A DNA stretch of 63,629 nucleotides, counting the filler, from Asterionella formosa (taxonomy: Eukaryota), in NCBI GenBank assembly GCA_002256025.1. It is 25 parts of 25 records of this genome, joined end to end, with 100 filler letters (N's around TTAATTAATTAA, not from the genome) between each part and the next. Parts side by side here need not be neighbours in the genome. Positions count along the whole stretch, not along the records: positions 26,444 to 27,554 come from NKIB01004251.1; positions 27,655 to 45,485 come from NKIB01004252.1; 23 more parts are not named here. One strand, 5' to 3'. This document shows, piece after piece, positions 26,444 through 37,330 of this stretch. Positions within the stretch are counted from its first letter, which is position 1. Each line of letters starts with the position of its first letter. The notes beneath the pieces were generated by a model that saw only the letters and a list, made by a program, of their open reading frames with translations, was not told where the DNA came from and searched no databases. Both the position numbers and the translations under genes were made by a program.

Positions 26444-27554
26444 CAGCCAGCCAATTGAGAGCCCCAATGAGTGACTGGTATTGTGTAATAATGGCTGCGC
26501 GAGCTTTGGGAGAAAGTTCAGCACCATCAGGCACAATGCGGTCATAGACCAGGCCAGAGCGATAAGGGGTAGGGGCATGGCGACAATCCACCATATCAAA
26601 CCGGTCAAGGAGATTGCGAAGGTAAGCCTCCTGGGATAAATGAACACTGAGGTGACCAGTGGAAGCATTGGGGTGCCAGGCAAAGTAGATACCAAGGAAC
26701 CATGAGATGGGACCCATGAAGTCAACACGGAGACGAGCCGCCACAGCGGCCTCAAACCACTGCTCAACCTCATCACTAACAGAGAAGTAGGCAAAGTCGT
26801 CCACATATATGCCCACACAAAGGGGAGGGGAACTGGGCATAGGAGAGCCAAAGAAAATGCAGGGTTCATGAGGGCACTGGGATAAGCCCAGGGACAGGAG
26901 AACGTCCCGGAAACAAGTGAACCAGTGGCGAGGGCTCCGACGGAGACCATAGAGAGTTTTATGGAGGCGCCAGTAGGTACCAGGCTTGGAAATGGGGCAA
27001 CCATAGGGCGGTTTAATGACAACCACCTCGTCTGGGGGTAGAACAGGATGGCAAAAGGCGTTCTTGCAGTCGCCCTGTTTCAAAAGGCGGCGGCGCTCAA
27101 CGGCAAGGGAGACCAGGAGGCGGAGGGAGAGTTGGCCTAAAACAGGGGCATAAGTGTCAGACTTGGACCAGTAGGTGGTTTCCAAGTTTCCGAGGACCAC
27201 AATGCGAGATTTGGCACGGACTGGGTGACCAAGTTCATCACATTTGATGGTGAGAACAGTCATGGAGGGAATGACGGTGCACCCAAGGAGTGATAACTGA
27301 GAGGCATCAATTAAATGAAAGGTATCCTGGGCGACTAAAGAGTCGTATTCCTCCTGATAAGAGGCCAGCCATGTGAGACGATCAGGGGAAGTGGGGAGGA
27401 GGGCACGGTCAAGGCCAGCCAGTGAACAGTGTCTCTTCATGGAGGCGTTGACGCCAGGTGTAAGGGAGATCAACTAAGCTAGTCTGGTGGATGATTTGGC
27501 CAGCAGAATTGCGGCGGACAAAGAGCCAGTCAAGGTCATCATCAAGATCCAAGG
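26444..27554 (-). mobile_element. Ty1/copia reverse transcriptase (RVT_2) fragment, CoDi-like
   Basis: KSRIVVLGN, QGDCKNAF, KTLYGLRRSPRHW and IYVDDF; frame disrupted near 27475. Confidence 0.92.
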
Positions 27555-27654
27555 NNNNNNNNNNNNNNNNNNNNNNNNNNNNNNNNNNNNNNNNNNNNTT
27601 AATTAATTAANNNNNNNNNNNNNNNNNNNNNNNNNNNNNNNNNNNNNNNNNNNN

Positions 27655-27780
27655 AGAAATTTACTTAGGTCCATTATAAGGGAAATCTCTTCATTGTCCT
27701 GGGCCCCCCTTAAGTAAAATCAGTCAAATTCAGTCACGGCAGTGTACATTGGGGGGTCCAGGACAATGAAGTATACGGTA
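27655..27780 (-). mobile_element. End of a TA-flanked element with CCGTATA terminus (inverted copy at 49370-49495)
   Basis: About 125-bp homology ending precisely at TA|CCGTATA.TTCA.TGTCCTGG in both copies; Tc1/mariner/pogo-type end. Confidence 0.6.
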
Positions 27781-28975
27781 TATATATTTATTTATTTGTA
27801 TTCCCTTTTATTTATTGTACGACCGGTTATAAAATAAATACCATCGCTGTCGGACTCTACCGTAATGATATCCTAGTAATTATTATTTACAGCTGATAGT
27901 CTTACTTTAGATGTAAGTACTACCCAGATGTACAGTACATCTACGTGGTAGTGGATATTCCAATAGGTATGTATTTACTAATCATGGAGGATTGATACAC
28001 AAGATGATCCGGCAACATCGGTACCTGGTACATATGCAAATAGCTTTTCCACTGGCTCTCATCATCTGTTCTTTTTGGTCGTCGTACGACTGTATCCACA
28101 CTTAGGGGAACTGCCTCGGTGGAATGACTTTTGGGTGGGTAAAATATATACATACATGAAGAAAAATATTATCACAGGGGAGGTAGCTACTTACGAATGT
28201 AAAACGATCCTCCGGTACATGCCGGTAGGAGTAAGCAATCATACAGCTATGCATGTATCTTACTGTACCGGTAAGGAATACTGTGGCATCATACATAGGA
28301 GGGTTTCAACGTACGTTGCTTGTCGAATGACCTTAGTAGGCACCAGTACCCAAACCCGTTTCAACTGACTAGAAATTAGATAACGAGTTTATATACCGGG
28401 CTATGTATATCAGACAATTTAAAATTATCATGAATTCAATTTATGTCTGTCTACACTTACTGTAGCGTTAAGGAAAAGGGGGTTTGTTGAGGTTTACTCC
28501 TGGCAGCAGTTTGTATGAGCGATACAATGCATACAGTATTACTAGTCGGCTTCGACACAACGAAACGGAGAAGTTGCTCCTATGATATTTGTCTTATGTA
28601 CTGCTGTACCAGCATAACCGGCACCTGGTAGTATGCATTTTAGAGAAGAATATAAATCATGCTGCAGCACTTTTGTCGTATGACAACACCGGGAACGTTC
28701 CTGGTACCTGGGGGTAGTACTACACTCTACACCGGTAGTCACAAAACATAAACCACGCCCAGTCGTTGGCTGAGGTTCATGAATTCGCTAGGGTTGAAAA
28801 ACAATTATTGATTCAGACTACTACCGGTACCTGGTACCATTTTCAAACCCATAATATTTCACGTGTAAAATAAATTTGTATATCGCTAATTAGAGCTTTC
28901 ACCTTTGGACAGCCTCTTTTCTTTGGCTGATGGTGTCACTGGTCAAAGCATGGGGTACCGGTATAGGTCAACTCT

Positions 28976-29145
28976 ATATATTGTCAGTATATAGGATCTG
29001 GCGAGACAATGCAGAAAGGAACTTCGTTTTTTAAACTATGCTGAAGAGACTTGAATTTACTGGGCCAAAAGGTATATTTGGCATAGTAAAAAAACCGGAA
29101 GTTCCTTTCTGCACTTTCTCTTCAAATTAACTCCTGACACTATAT
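28976..29145. mobile_element. MITE-like foldback of about 170 bp with long imperfect TIRs in TATA context
   Basis: TATATTGTCAG...TGCAGAAAGGAACTTC on the left, GAAGTTCCTTTCTGCA...CTGACACTATA on the right. Confidence 0.7.
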
Positions 29146-29559
29146 GAAGATTAATTATGTATTTAATTCTCCTTCAAATCCAGCCTATATTGTGCAATCG
29201 TCATCTGAAAATTCGACAAAATTGGCCTTTTCAACAGTTTCCAAAATATTGGAATCAGAATCACGACTAAGCACTGAAACATCATCATTGGAATAGTAGT
29301 GATGTGATAAATTTGTTGTTGTTGTTAAATCTCCTGTCAAAATTCCATTGTAAGTGCCCACATAATAATTTATGATCTGATTGCTTACAGTTAATTACTT
29401 ACCTCCATTTGATTGGCCCAAAGTGCAAGATCTTGCAAACCCATGCCAGCAACAATGGATGCACAGCCATATAACATTTTTTGGGTGTTCGCTGGTATCA
29501 TATCTGCAAGACCCACTGGCTGATCATCATTGATCATATGCATTCCAGTAGAATGCAAT

Positions 29560-30100
29560 TTGCTTGCCTTCAAAGAATTGCCAGAGTGCACCACCGGTTC
29601 TGGAACATTTAGTGGAAGGCATCCTTTGCCTTCTTTCTTTTCATTCAATATTCTTGGCCATTGAAACTCACACTGCAGATTGGATAATTACTTATACTAG
29701 TACCATTTAGAAACAGCTCTAATGGTCAAATCATCATCACAGATGATTTTTAGCATCTATACATTGTATGTAGCAACTGCATCAACCATCATTTCCACAC
29801 CAGCATCCCGTCCCATTGCCTGTAAACTTCCAGTTATGTGATTCTTGGGGCAAGGATGCTGCTTGATTGGCTCTTTTACCGGATAGTTCTGTCGCACACA
29901 TTATAGACCTTCGATTTTACTCGATAGCTAGTCTAGTAGTCTCTTTTTCGTGTAGCCACCTATACAAAATTTATGTCCACTTATGGAGTTGTAATTATTA
30001 CCGGTTGATCGCTGCTGCCAACCCATATCATGACTATTGATTTGTCGGGCGGTGCATAAGATTGTAGACAACCGGTCTATACCAGTACGACTGATCCACC
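29560..30100 (-). pseudogene. Degenerate Mutator-like transposase fragment
   Basis: SHDMGWQQRSTGNNYNSISGH, HPCPKNH.TGS..AM, IICDDDLTIRA and KG.LP..VPEP across frames. Confidence 0.55.
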
Positions 30101-30309
30101 TCTGGAAATCACGTCCTTTGTCAGTCCAATCACTTCTTTCAGACACATTATGATAATCGAAAATAACTAATCACTACTAGATTTAGAATGTTTGGAAGTT
30201 GGTTTAAAACCATTGTACACATCGTTCCGATCATGAGGTACAGAATACACCGACTGTGCGTTCTACCCTTTTTTTAGGATATTTCAGGAGCCGTGGAGCT
30301 CACGTGAAC

Positions 30310-30827
30310 TCCTAAAATGAGGCCCTGGACAAAACATAGCAACATCAAATATCATCACTTTCAGGAGCATATCAGATGTCAATTGATCAACATTGAGTAT
30401 GTTCCTACGCATGATCAGCTGGTAGATATTTTATGAAGCAACTTTCATTAGCTTTGTTCCAGAGGAAATATAGTATGAAATTGCAAAAATGTTGATATGT
30501 TGAGCCATCCATTTCTTCAAGTCAAATGAAGGAGTGTAAGAACGTGTATAATTAAAGAATATTCGAACATAAAGAAACATGATTGCATTTCTGACGTCAA
30601 AACTTTATGGGATTCATGGCACAGAAGTGTAGGGATTCACTGCAGAGCATTGTGATTTACAGCACATGGTTGTGATGTGAATCCTTGTCTGAGTGGTTCA
30701 GAGCGGTTCACCCAACTTAGTTTAGAGTGCTCATAATAAATGAAATAAATCAGACTCTATTTGTTAACGACTTTGAGCTATTATCTAAATTCGCCTTAGC
30801 CTCAACTAGCTTAAGTGGATTCCCACA
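30310..30827 (+). mobile_element. Degenerate copia RNase H C-terminus, PPT and 3' LTR (about 30535-30827)
   Basis: KMRPWTKHSNIKYHHFQEH...YVPTHDQLVDIF; AAATGAAGGAG followed by TGTAAG...CCCACA. Confidence 0.75.
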
Positions 30828-31260
30828 CCATTCAAAACAAAAGACAAAACTGCGCGTACCATGCTGTTCTTCTCACATTTACATTCTGATCATTGATTGT
30901 TCATTACGGCAACACAAATGGAAGAGAAGTGAAGATATGAGGACACAGAGAGATGATCAAAGGCAGCACAAGCACTTGCTCATGCTTGTTGTCTCAGGAG
31001 AGCACAATGAATTTTAATGTAATGCAAATCTTTGAGGCACCTTTCTATGTGCTCCTACATACATACGGAGTCTTGGTTAATACACCGGCGGTACCAGTAT
31101 TTTATACGGGTAAATACATGGCAATTTAAATTGTTTCATCATTGTTTGCTTCACTACCAGGTACAGTGACTGTGCTGTTATTTGTTATTGAAGTGCTAAC
31201 AATCATCAACTCTCTTGTCATATTGCCAGTATAACCAACTCAGTCCTACTCTTTCAGTTC

Positions 31261-31911
31261 ATGAATCTTTGCCGTCGCACCGCTTTGTTGCATACGTTGG
31301 TAAGCTGGTTGACTGTTCCTATAACGACAATGTCTGTCGATCGCCCAGCGGATACTTCAATACTCGCGTTGCACGATACTGGGCCAACGAGTGAATACCA
31401 CAAGCCACCTCCAGGAGTCGACTACAGTAGAAACCCATCAGTATTTGGCAAGATATTAAGAGGCGAGGAGCCTGCCGTTATCTTGGAGGAAAGCGCACAT
31501 TTGCTTACGTTTCAGGATCGGTCCCCACGAGCCAAGCTACATGGTTTGATCATCCCAAAGGCCTACTTGCCAGACGTAACAGTCCTCACTGCTGACGACA
31601 TTGCACTACTGGAAGAAATGCAAGGGACCGCAAAGGCGCTCGTCCAAAAATACCAACCAGAAGCATATTCACAACAAGATTATATCCTTTGCTTTCATGT
31701 TCCCCCGTTCAATTCTGTTGACCACTTGCATTTACATGTTTTGGCTCCAGCTTCCAAGATGGCGTGGTGGTACCGCGACGTAAAGTATCAAGTGGGAACG
31801 AGATGGTGCACGTCTTTTCAACATGTTTTGACAAGCTTGCGTCGAGGAAGGAAGTCTGTCAGGTGGAGCTTTAGTGGGGGGTATGTAGGAAGTGATGGGA
31901 TCGTTCGATAA
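31261..31911 (+). CDS. Histidine triad (HIT) nucleotide-binding protein, HINT3/HINT4-like
   Basis: SVFGKILRGE, FQDRSPRAKLHGLIIPK and FHVPPFNSVDHLHLHVL. Confidence 0.9.
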   Translation: MNLCRRTALLHTLVSWLTVPITTMSVDRPADTSILALHDTGPTSEYHKPPPGVDYSRNPSVFGKILRGEEPAVILEESAHLLTFQDRSPRAKLHGLIIPKAYLPDVTVLTADDIALLEEMQGTAKALVQKYQPEAYSQQDYILCFHVPPFNSVDHLHLHVLAPASKMAWWYRDVKYQVGTRWCTSFQHVLTSLRRGRKSVRWSFSGGYVGSDGIVR

Positions 31912-32051
31912 GAAAATACATACGTGACCTACTGTCTGGAACGATCAGATTTGTTGCAAAATATCACGTTGAGAAAACGAAGTGATTCTAAACTAAACTG
32001 TACCGTTGTAATTTTTGTTGCTCTACTGACTGTATTTGTGTCTACTAGTAT

Positions 32052-32921
32052 CTAATTCCAGGATTTAACCCCCGTTGGTGCGAAGGGGCGCCGAGTCACT
32101 TGGATTGGTTTAAAGGTATCCTTGAGTCTTCGACCATTAACGCTGTATGCTTGAATCTGCTTGGCCAAATGCATATCCCGAAAGACAACAGTTTTCATGA
32201 TGCACTGTGCCATGTCCATCTGTGCCTGATTCCTGTCATACATGGCCTGTCTCTCGTGAAGTAACTGCGTCCCAACCTCCTTCCCATGATCGAGCAATTG
32301 ACAATTCAAAAGCATCGACTTGCTGTATTTGAATGCCTTTCCACCACACTTCCCGCAAGTAGACAAAATTTGCCGTTCCAACGAAACAGAGAGCGAAGGA
32401 CCAATTTCTAACAGTTTCAGTGCCATGTTCATCGAATACTGTACTTGATCTTCATCATAGCCATTTGCAGTTTCACTGAGCATCGATCGAAGTTGAGTCA
32501 GATCGCAAAGCACTTTGGAGCAGACGCGAGCGTGACGGATAAAGAGCGATGTATTGGACTCCAAGGATGACTTTGGGGCAAGAGGAACTCGAAAGTGAGC
32601 TTGTGCGCGAGGAAGCATGGCATTACCTATCGCCGTCACCGTGCCCCGAAAGTATTGATTCACTTGAGTCAGCGCTAGAAGAGTTGTCGAAGCTGGTCCG
32701 ACGAATGAAAGGACGTGGCAAAAAAGTTCAGCGGGTAACCGCTCGAGCGGAGCGTGTGCATCATGACTGTTTGAAGATTCCAAACCTGCGTCGTTTTCAT
32801 CGACACGAAGTCGTTTTACGGAAGTGAGCGGTTGCGTTGAAAGGGCAATGGCCTGCTCGCTCACCATCTTCATCATCATTTCACTCCGACGTCTCTTGTA
32901 GGTTAACAGGATAGGTGCCAT
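32052..32921 (-). CDS. F-box-like domain protein
   Basis: LERLPAELFCHVLSFV...L..V...F F-box pattern; NLS-like KRRR and KRLR; uninterrupted 289-aa ORF from ATG 32921. Confidence 0.7.
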   Translation of the reverse strand: MAPILLTYKRRRSEMMMKMVSEQAIALSTQPLTSVKRLRVDENDAGLESSNSHDAHAPLERLPAELFCHVLSFVGPASTTLLALTQVNQYFRGTVTAIGNAMLPRAQAHFRVPLAPKSSLESNTSLFIRHARVCSKVLCDLTQLRSMLSETANGYDEDQVQYSMNMALKLLEIGPSLSVSLERQILSTCGKCGGKAFKYSKSMLLNCQLLDHGKEVGTQLLHERQAMYDRNQAQMDMAQCIMKTVVFRDMHLAKQIQAYSVNGRRLKDTFKPIQVTRRPFAPTGVKSWN

Positions 32922-33361
32922 TGAAGTTGTTGCTTTGAAGAAAGATACAGGCAATGACCTTTTGTGAGGGTTAATCAGCTAACTTTCAATCGAATTGTGA
33001 ACTAATGTGAGAAGAAATCGGTTTTGCTTGTCAGGTTTGCACGCCATATATACTCCGTATACGTATGTTGGAATACCTACGCTCCGGCCCAACTGCTATA
33101 TTAGTTCAAACATTGATTGCGTGGTTCATTCCACCGCACAGAAGGTGCGAATTATTTGGCTCCTAGTGTTGACGTGTGCAATGATGCAACATTCTCTGCA
33201 AAGACAGGCACATGGCACATCGCTGATGTGGTCAGTTTGATTGGCTCATTCGAAGTCCAGTTGCATGCTTCGACCAGCCGGTACCTGGAACTGGTACCAG
33301 GGAATCCGGTATCCGGGTACTGGTACAAGGTACCAGGTGAGAAATACGTCGTGAGTACCTG

Positions 33362-33443
33362 CAAGTTGCGGTAATTGTGCTGAAGTTTTAGCTATCTTTA
33401 TCCTATATTAAATTGTTTATTTAAGCAAAATGACCACAACTTT
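33362..33443. mobile_element. 82-bp MITE with CAAGTTGCGGT TIRs and CTG target-site duplication (second copy 58238-58325)
   Basis: ctg|CAAGTTGCGGTAATT...AAATGACCACAACTTT|ctg; internal sequence also matches 58238-58325. Confidence 0.8.
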
Positions 33444-33860
33444 CTGGTAGGAACCAGTGCTGGTCCCTGTTAACGGTCGTGGGTGAAGCGACGACAAAGC
33501 ATCTGCGGAAACCCGGAGAACAGACGTCGCTTTCTCTGTGAAAGCCATTGATGATGTCAGCCACGTTTGCATCAGAAAAGGTGATCATTCGTCTGATGGT
33601 GGCGCCCGAGCAGCGATTCGCACCCGCAGGTGGGTTTCGGGATGGACGCAACACTTGTAAAATGCTATACATACAGACCAGACTACAGACTATAGTACGA
33701 TACATATATATTTAAATAAATATATTATTAATAATAGTCTAGTAACACCACCACCTGCATTCAAATGATCCTGACTATTACCAGTTCTTTTAATCTAGAA
33801 CGAAGGATAGGTGGCTTTTACACTTTGGCCAGAAAAGCCCAAATTTGGAGAATTCCATGC

Positions 33861-33974
33861 ATTTCCTGAAATTTGCTGACATTTCCCAATGTTAACATAC
33901 ATTTCCTGTAAGTCATGGTCATTTCCTGAAATTCATAGGAATTTCCTGAGTGTCATGATGATTTCCTGAAAGTC
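33861..33974 (+). repeat. Six ATTTCCTG(AA)-type motifs at exact 20-bp spacing with variable spacers
   Basis: Motif starts at 33861, 33881, 33901, 33921, 33941 and 33961. Confidence 0.9.
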
Positions 33975-34405
33975 AATCATATGCTAGTATGTGTTCTCTC
34001 GTTTTTGCCACTACTAGAAGAACTCTGCTTTTTATTTCGCTGAATCTTGCTATAAATAGAAGACATTCTAAATATAACATCAAATAAGTCCTTGTCCAGT
34101 GACATGTTATCCATTTCAGGAAAATGACCGCAACTTGCAGTATATCTTGTTGATTGTGCTACATAGCTGTTTCATAGCTACTCGGAATATGTTCTTAGCA
34201 GTATGTAGGCTAGCTATGTAATGGAACATTTTCCTTTGGTGGTACCAGGTACCAGGGTACCTGCAAGTTGTGGTCATTTAGCTGAAATTGATATTGTGAT
34301 GCAAGACAGCAGGCGCTTAAGTACATAGAAAACAACCACATGCAACAGTTTGTGCTTTAAACTAGATGTGACTTTAAAGGGCAATTAATTTTGGTATATG
34401 CACCA

Positions 34406-35395
34406 ATATCATCGTTCGTCCAACAAAATATGGACGATGAATCCCACAAGAAGACAAGCAACTCAACAACCAACCGCATTCGTTAGACAACGAATCACTG
34501 CTGGCATCATCAACGAACTCATTTCGCTTCAGACTGGGCATGATGGATGATGACCAGCATGGTTGAAGGCGAATTTCCGGAGTCAGTTTTCAGGCGACGA
34601 ACAAAAACGAGCCGAATACTTGATATAAAAAATCAAATCTGTAGAGTATAAGAAAGGGTTTCCTAGAGAAGACCCCTTGACAAATTCGGCAATCCCAGTG
34701 CTGAAGGCAATACACGCCCAAGGTGGTCTCTTGCCTGCGAGTATACATGTGCTGGCGCTGCGAGAAGGTCACCCTCCAAGTGCCATCCCAGCCGAGTACA
34801 CATGCATACGAGAAGGCAAGTAGCCACCGAGAAGGGTATTGTTGAGGCAATTCCCACTCTAGCTATCGTCGCGTCATTCGCTTACCTACTGCCCACAAAT
34901 TTAGCATAAATGTCAGTTTTAGCCTTCTATTGCCCATCATGTAAAAAATATTTTGTATATTTCCTATCTTCACCTCGAAAATTGCTCAAGGTCCGATATT
35001 GCCCATCATTAAAATATATTTTGTATATTTCATATGTTCGCATTTTGGCAAGACAACAGACGCCAATTGCCCCTCGGTTTTCCAGCCCTGGGATTGCCGA
35101 AATCGGCAAGGGGTCTACTTAAGGAAGAAACAATTTAATATACTATACAGATTTTAGTAATTTATATCTCGAATTCACCTCGTTTTTGTTCTTCTCCTGA
35201 AAAGTGGACTCCGGCAATGCACCTTTCACCATGCCAATCGTCGTCCATTATGACCGGTTTGAAGCGAAATCAGTTCCGCGATGACGCCAGTAGCGATTCT
35301 TTGCCTAACGGATGCGGTTGATTGTTGGATTGCTTGTCTTCTCGAGGCATTCATGTAGTTGCATCGTCCATATTTCGTTGGACAAATGATGATAT
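34406..35395. mobile_element. Foldback element of about 1 kb with about 300-bp imperfect inverted arms
   Basis: 34406-34705 is the reverse complement of about 35080-35395; the core 34700-35085 recurs inverted at 36790-37227 and partly at 43336-43470. Confidence 0.75.
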
Positions 35396-35487
35396 CGATA
35401 AATCTGATGTTGGTGGCAAGTTCTTGCTCCTGTCATGTATGTGATGATGCTTAACGGATATTCTACTGGTACCGGCAGTCATCTAGT

Positions 35488-36700
35488 CTACATACTTACG
35501 TGGTACTAAAAACAACCATGCACGGTTTAAGCTATGCTCTAGTAATACTTACTTTGAACACGTAATAATATTATCTCTGTAGACTCGGTATTATTTTTAC
35601 GAGACCTGAAATGTTGAATTATATCGTTCACATATTCATTGATTTTACATACCATATGCCCGATTTCGTCCTCACAAATATAGTTCTCACTCTATCTTGC
35701 CTGCCTTTGCTCTATTCAGGCTTGCAATAGGCAACGTTCGTCTTTCTTTGATCCCATCGTCTGCTGCTTCTTATGCTAGCTGAAGCGGATCGTTGAGTAC
35801 AACAGTGAAACACTGAATGTGGATTGTAGATCGTATTTATAGACTTTCCGATTTGATTGCTTCCATGGTTTGTTTTGGTCGCTTCCATCGTTGTTAGTCG
35901 TTCCGCATTGTCGTTTTGTTTCGATTGTACATATCTGCATAAGAACCAATGCATTTATCAATGACTACTCATTGAAGATGTGGTATTGTGCCATTGTTGA
36001 TCATATTTGTTGATTTGTATAGTCGTTGACAATGATTTCAATATTGCCGCCAAGCAATGCTTTTCTTGTACTAACGCGCTTTGCTACATTTCCAATACAA
36101 GTTAGTATCAGATGCTACATGAATACTCATCTAGAGAGAGTCAATAGCGCTGGAGCAGCATGGCAATCATGCTTGCTCAGAATGGAATGATCAGGGTTGC
36201 CTGTTTCTTGGTGGGCGGAGAGGAATGACTGCGGCGGAAATACTGCTACTGGTGTCAGGCTACAACAGCGATGCATATGGTTGCAACAACCATACCATTG
36301 ACGCTAAATAACGATGCAGGTCTACATTGGGTTGAGCTTTTTTCTTCTTCTCTCGGTCTTCGATTGTATTGTGATGGAAAGTCAATGTTGCCTGTGTAAG
36401 TACCACAATGATTCACAATGCATACATCTCCATTGGAACTCTAATTTTTAATGTCATTTCTAACCCAAAACAATTTTTTCTATTTCTCATTTGATGCAAC
36501 TTATTACATCGCAGCTATTTCATACTTTGGTTGCTCCAAACATCATGTTCAATTTTCATTGATGTTGCATGTTGTTACAATCATTCTCGTCTGTTTTACG
36601 CTTGTTGTACCATCTCTATGCACATTACCGTTATTCTGGTTGTCATACTAAAAATCGCAATTAATGCCGAAAAATTCGATATGCCCCATATTGCCCCTAT
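35488..36700. repeat. Dispersed repeat of about 1.2 kb (copy at 43670-44672; inverted partial copies at 50005-50325 and 49216-49330)
   Basis: Collinear similarity, for example CGTTGAGTACAACAGTGAAACACTGAATGT and GAATGGAATGATCAGGGTTG. Confidence 0.85.
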
Positions 36701-37330
36701 TTAAAAATTGCTTAAGAAATTACTTAGAGCCTAATAATTACTTAGAAGTACCCGAATGGCAAGACGATAGCTTGAAAGGGAATTGCTGGAAAACCAAGGG
36801 GCGATTGGCGTAAATTGTCGTCCCGAAATGCTAACATTGGAAATCTCCAAAATGTATTTCACTGACTATGGCCAATATCGGACCTTAGGAAATTTTCGAT
36901 GAGAATATAGGAAATATTTACGAAACATTTTATAGGATGGGCAATACTAAGCTTAAATGTCTAATATTTTTTCATGATGGGCAATATCGGACCCATTGCG
37001 AATTTCGATGTGAAGATGGGAAATAAATTTTATATGATGGGCTACCGGTAGTTGAGCTAAAATTGACATTTACACTCGATAATTGGGCAGTAGGTAAGCG
37101 AATGGCGCGACGGTAGCTGGTTTGTGAATGGCCTCAACAAATACCCTTCTCGGTGGCTACATGCGTTCTCGTATAAATGTGTACTCGCAGGCATGACACC
37201 ACCTCGGGCTTTTATTGCCTTCAGCGATGTATCGTTTACACATCATTCACAACTTTTGATGAAGCAAACCCTGTCGTCGCGACAGGACATTATTCTTTCC
37301 TCTCCTGTTCGGCAATCCCTTTTGGTTCCG

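Noticed and set aside
33861..33974. CRISPR-like repeat-spacer array
   Set aside because: Repeat only 8-10 bp with 10-12-bp spacers, eukaryotic context, no cas genes; better explained as TE subterminal motifs
37124..37330. N-terminal extension of the 318-aa ORF as real protein
   Set aside because: Begins at GTG and its first about 100 nt lie in a repeat copy inverted to 34700-34850; a signal-peptide-like start lies at 37331-37352
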